From Somniosus microcephalus (Eukaryota), in NCBI GenBank assembly GCA_052327205.1, contig CM126206.1, positions 118,172,001 to 118,236,000 of the forward strand: DNA of 64,000 nt, read 5' to 3'. Below the pieces are notes generated by a model. The model had not been told where the DNA came from and did no database searches. It saw only the letters and a program-made list of their open reading frames with translations. Made by a program: the position numbers and the translations under genes. Shown piece after piece: positions 59,437 to 64,000 of this stretch. Each line of letters starts with the position of its first letter. The stretch's first letter is position 1.

Positions 59437-60310
59437 AAGAACTTACATTTATATAGCACCTTTTCACAACCTCAGGACATCCTAATGCGCTTCAGCCAAT
59501 GAAGTACTTTTGAAGTGTAGTCATAGAAAACGTAGAAGATAGGAGCAGGAGTAGGCCATTCGGCCCCTCGAGCCTGTTCCGCCATTTAATGAGATCATGG
59601 CTGATCATCCAAATTCAGTACCCTGCCCCTGCTTTCTCCCCATATCCCTTTAGCCTTAAGAAATATATCTAATCCCTTCTTGAATATATTTAATGAATTG
59701 GCCTCGACTGTCTTGTGTGGTAGAGAATTCCACAGGTTCACCACTCTCTGGGTGAAGAAATTCCTCCTCATCTCAGTCCTAAATGGCTTACCCCTTATCC
59801 TTAGACTGTGACCCCTGGTTCTGGACTCCCCCGCCATCGGGAACATCCTTCCTGCACCTAGTCTGTCTAGTCCTGTTAGAATTTTATAAGTTTCAATGAG
59901 ATCCCCTCTCATTCTTCTAAACTCTAGCGAATATAAGCCTAATCGACCCAATCGCTCTTCATACGTCATTCCTGCCATCCCAGGTATCAGTCTGGTGAAT
60001 CTTCGCTGCACTCCCTCCATGGCAAGAACATCCTTCATCCTTGGCAAGAACATCCTTCACTGTTGTAATGTACGGAAAGGCAGCAACCTAATTATGCACA
60101 GGAAAATCCCGCAAACAGCAATGAGATAAGTAACCAGATAATCTGTTTTAATGGTGTTGAATGAGGATTAAATGTTGGCCAGGACACTGGAGAAGTCTGC
60201 TCTTATTTGAATAGTGCCATGGGACCTTTTATGCCCAGGGGCAGATGGGGCCTCGATTTAAGGCCCATCCGAAAGATGTCACCTCCAACAATGAAGCACT
60301 GAAGTGTCCA
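59437..60310 (-). mobile_element. DeuSINE (SacSINE1/AmnSINE1-like) interrupted by CR1
   Basis: Minus strand GGAGGTGACATCTTTCGGATGGGCCTTAAATCGAGGCCCCATCTGCCCC...GGTCCCATGGCACTATT...TCCTGGCCAACATT resembles the Deu domain. L2-type tail at 59437-59523. Junction GTAGTCA|CTGTTGTAATG. Confidence 0.75.
59524..60059 (-). mobile_element. CR1 3' fragment inside the DeuSINE
   Basis: KDVLAMEGVQRRFTRLIPG...FFTQRVVNLWNSLP (59595-60053). Confidence 0.93.
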
Positions 60311-61337
60311 CTTAACTGTTCACTGCACTTGGGGTTCAATTAAGGTCTAGGGTGATCTCACCATCAGTTACTGGATTCCATAGACAGAGAAGCAAGTAAG
60401 TTCTACTGAAATGTAGATAGTTTTGGCATTGCATGGTATTTAATAAATAATACAGGATCTAAATCAACACTTCATTACCTCTAATTAAAAGGTGCATATC
60501 AAGTTGTAGGTTGGTTATGCATTCACTGACAGATGTCGAATCCTGACCTGGGATCTCTTGTTCTGACATAATGTGCCATGATACTTGCATAATAACATAA
60601 TAACTAGCTACAAACAATTACATAACTGGAAATTTGTTACAGTAATACAAGCAGGTGTTGTTTGAAATCCAAGACCTACCTAACTGAGGGTTGAGTCTCG
60701 AATGTTTTGCTCATTTATGTGCTGTTAACTTCAGGAATTGATGATCTACCTATTGGCAGTCCTTGTGTTTCCTTTGCCTCCTACCTCTGTATTTAGCCTA
60801 CCTGGGCTAGACTGAGTGGTCACCTGGAACTTGCTTATTCTGCAGGACTTGAGCAATCTAGTCTTGGTTCTCGTCTCTCTCTGAATCTTGGGACTTGTTT
60901 GTTCCTACACTTGGTGCTAAGCTGGCATCTCGCTATAGCTTGGAAATTATTGTGAGTGATGTTATTGTGCACCGGCTGAATGCACGAGTATCCATTTTCT
61001 GTGCTATTTTAACAGAGGCATTAAACCACTTACTTTAGCAGAGGTGTGAACCTATTCAAAATATTGGAGAGGGGAATTTAGTACATGCATGTTATGTATT
61101 TGTACTATATATAACTCCTAATTTCCAGGTTTGTATCCTCAGAGCCTATTGCAGACCTGGTGCCACAGTTTGATTCACCTGCATCAGGTCCTTGTCTGCA
61201 CAGGGTGCACTTCAAGAACGAGTTTCCTCTTTGATCAGTGCTCATATGGCATCGCATTTGCAGCAGGAAATGCTTGGGCTTATCAAGCTCTTTCAATAGA
61301 CTGTTCATCAGGCACACTATTGAATTGCAATCACACT

Positions 61338-62104
61338 GGGCCAGAAATTCGGGTCCCCACGGGTGAGTACGCGCTGTGTACTCACGCGTAGGGCCAACGA
61401 AAGTGCCGGTTTCGTGCATGCACTGCGCATGCGCGGGAAACCTGAACTTCCGTTCCCTTGAAGGAAGGGGTTCAGAGGTCGAACGCGTACGGAGAGGCAG
61501 CGCGTACGCCTGGAACTTCCAATTTTTTTTTTTTACAGGTTTCTCCGGGAGGGTAAGTCTCCAGCAGCTATGCTTTTAAAAAGCAGTCGCAAGGCCTGCT
61601 TTTAACAAGCTAAGTGGTGAATTAAGTAAAATTAAAACATTTTTTCCACAGGTTTATTATTTTTAAATACTTTAAAGAAAGGTAAGTTTATTTTTAGCCC
61701 TGTTAAAAACTGTAATTAATTTTTTCAAAAATTTAAATTATTGTTTAAAATAGTTACTTTATATAATTTATAGTTATTTTAAAAATGTGATTTTTTAAAA
61801 ACAATTTATTTGAAGTTTTAGTTAGGTTTTGGGGCCGATCTCTATTCATAGATTTGACAGGTCTTCCTGTCAAATCTATGAACAGAGAGTCCCTGCAACA
61901 ATTGGCTCTCCATGGCCCACGTGATCCTAGGGGACGCTTTGATCGAACTGCGCCCCATGGATACGCAAGCACTGCGCGCCGGCAGCTGGAGGAGGCCCAG
62001 GATCGGAATCCCACGTGGGCCCACAGCACAATGGCCGGCGCGCTAGGTAAGTGCAGGTCGGGGGCTTGCACCCGCGGGAAGCCTCTGACCCGAATTTCTG
62101 GCCC
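61338..62104. mobile_element. Harbinger MITE (767 bp) with perfect 18-bp TIRs
   Basis: GGGCCAGAAATTCGGGTC and GACCCGAATTTCTGGCCC; TSD ACT on both sides; AT-rich core; several internal hairpins. Confidence 0.92.
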
Positions 62105-62264
62105 ACTATCTTATCTTCATTGACCTGAAGTTGGTTCTAAATCCACTAAGAAATTAATTTCATCAGTTCCAGGTCTGAAGACAGTGAACATCAAGTGGGA
62201 ATCACAATGGGTTTAGCATAACGTGGTTTATAAGAACATTTAATAATTAAGAACAGGTATAGAA

Positions 62265-62558
62265 TAGCCAGATACAGAGTAAAGCACCCTCTACACAAAT
62301 AACATGCCTCCACTCCTACCTTCGAAAAACATCCTTACTGCAACAGCACGAGTTTTCTTTCCCCTCACCAAAAATTGTCTTCAGTGATCAATTACGGACA
62401 TTTATTATACTGTAGGACTGAACTGTGACAGAGAAGGCTCACTTTACATAGCACCCTCACAAAAGGCAGACAGAGCAGACTTTTATCCCAACAGTCTGGC
62501 CTGGCTTCGAACCCAGGCCCCAGGGAGAAAGGCCTGCATTTAATCCATTGCACCACCT
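62265..62558 (-). mobile_element. tRNA-derived SINE
   Basis: Minus-strand head GGTGGTGCAATGG (box A) ... GGGTTCGAAGCC (box B), followed by a non-tRNA body. Confidence 0.65.
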
Positions 62559-62902
62559 TCTTCAGTGTTTTTCATTACTCCTACTTTCTAGTTTTTAAAA
62601 TCTAAACTTAGCATAATCTAACCACAACTACTTGATTTATTTTGCCTTTTCTGTTATTTTCAACTTTGTCTTGCACTGTAGATATTTAGTTTTGGTTTCA
62701 TAGTTTTTTTTAAACAACCTGTGCTGCTTCTTCAGTGTTTAATGTATTTTTTGATTTGGATTTGTCTGAAATTATTTTGATTTTGTTTTCAGAATTGTCA
62801 CCTACATTACTTTATACCGACATGTGGCGATCTTTGAAATACTTTTTATTGTTAATGTCAGAGGTAGAATGGTAGAAAATCCCATTCTGCTAGATAAGAT
62901 CT

Positions 62903-62985
62903 ACATAGGATTCCATAGGATATACAGCACAGAAACAGGCCATTCGGCCCAACCAGTCCATGCTGGCGTTTATGCTCCACTCGAG
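62903..62985 (-). mobile_element. Short CR1 3' tail
   Basis: ACAGCACAGAAACAGGCCATTCGGCCCAACCAGTCCATGCTGGCGTTTATGCTCCAC matches 50335-50392. Confidence 0.8.
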
Positions 62986-63167
62986 TGGAGGTTTTGAAGA
63001 GGTTTGACAGTGAATGGATATGCAGTTTTCCTGCCAAAAAGAGTGAACGTTCCCCAGAGGGTTAATATTCCTCATGAATATTGCTGAAATGCTAACTTGT
63101 AAACGAACATTTTACAGATTTATTGCTTTATTGGAAAGTCTAGATTGTTGATTTGTACATACAGTTT

Positions 63168-63600
63168 ATATCTATCTATCTAGGATCTGTCTGTCTGTCT
63201 GTCTCTCTGTCTGTCTCTCTGTCCGGCTATACAATCAAAAGTTATAGAGCGTACCTACACATGTTACATCAAAAGAAAGCTCATCATTAGGGGACTCTTG
63301 TAGGCGTATTTACTTGTTGCTCGGACAAAAATTGTGCTGACGGTCGGACAAAAATTGTGCCGACGGTATCCAAAAAACGTTCAAAATTCCTCTCATTATC
63401 CGCTCATTTGCATCGAGTGGGGGCGGGTTCATTGTGTGTGCAGGCGGGCCATCCTACAGTTGAGTGACGTGATGATTGACCAATCCTACAGTTCAGTGAC
63501 CTGACGGTTGACCAATCGGTGCATGTGTGGGCGGGCCTTATCATTCTGAACCGAGGTGAGTCGCCGCCATCTTGATTCCAAACTTTTCATTTCTTTTTCC
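63168..63600 (+). mobile_element. Putative non-autonomous Helitron/Helentron-like element (5' part)
   Basis: TCTATCTATC start followed by a (TCTG)n microsatellite, GTCCGGCTATAC and short internal tandem repeats, an architecture known from non-autonomous Helitrons. The 3' hairpin/CTAG end is not visible in the window. Confidence 0.4.
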
Positions 63601-63648
63601 CGCTTTCTGTGTCTTTAAAAAAAAAAAAAGTTGCTTTTAAAACACATA

Positions 63649-64000
63649 GGTCTAGAAATTCAGTGGGCTGCGCCACCAGTTAGCGCCCAAAGAGGGCACT
63701 CAGTGGCTTCAGCGCCACTGGCCACACCTCCCGCGATATTTAGCGGGGCGCTAATGGCGGCGTTAGCCTGTAGCGCTGCGCCGCCACCGATGACGTCATC
63801 GGTGTGCGCAGCGCACCGCTCCCGCCCCGATCACCATATTTGGTCGCGCCCGCCTCTTTAACGCCGGTCGCAAATCGCGACCGGTTCACAGGGCCTACCT
63901 GTGGCGGTAGTGGCGCAAATTAAGGTGGAGGTGCGGGGCGGCCGCTTTTTCGGCGGCCGCCTGCCAGCACCTCCGTCCCAGGCCTCCTAACCCCCCCCCC
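63649..64000. mobile_element. Harbinger MITE, second copy of 57616-58324 (runs off the window)
   Basis: GGTCTAGAAATTCAGTGGGCTGCGCCACCAGTTAGCGCC..., colinear with 57616-57965. Confidence 0.92.

Noticed and set aside
62490-62558. tRNA gene
   Set aside because: A and B boxes are present but there is no full cloverleaf; it continues into a SINE body.
1-64000. Prokaryotic operons, defence systems or rRNA; the many 60-150 aa antisense ORFs
   Set aside because: No such signatures; the short ORFs are shadows of TE coding strands or chance frames.

Overview
Repeat-dense vertebrate genomic DNA, most likely from a cartilaginous fish. That assignment is an inference from HE1/V-SINE-like and DeuSINE/SacSINE1-like SINEs, abundant CR1 LINEs and the Penelope terminal repeat. 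No host protein-coding gene could be recognised, so the window looks intronic or intergenic. Main contents: (1) two complete Gypsy LTR retrotransposons with 5-bp TSDs (10232-15392 minus, 29563-34369 plus); (2) a 13-kb nest (15481-28560) in which a decayed PIF/Harbinger transposon holds a CR1, which in turn holds a full-length CR1, a Tigger MITE and a nearly intact 4.27-kb Harbinger with an open 410-aa transposase and a convergent three-exon Myb/SANT gene; (3) further decayed Harbingers and many palindrome-rich Harbinger MITEs; (4) a Tigger/pogo element; (5) a Penelope-like element whose hammerhead ribozyme is split by a Harbinger insertion at the predicted cleavage triplet, plus a second hammerhead-type copy; (6) many CR1, L2 and SINE fragments. 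All family calls come from motif recognition by eye; no database search was run, and coordinates of decayed fragments are approximate.
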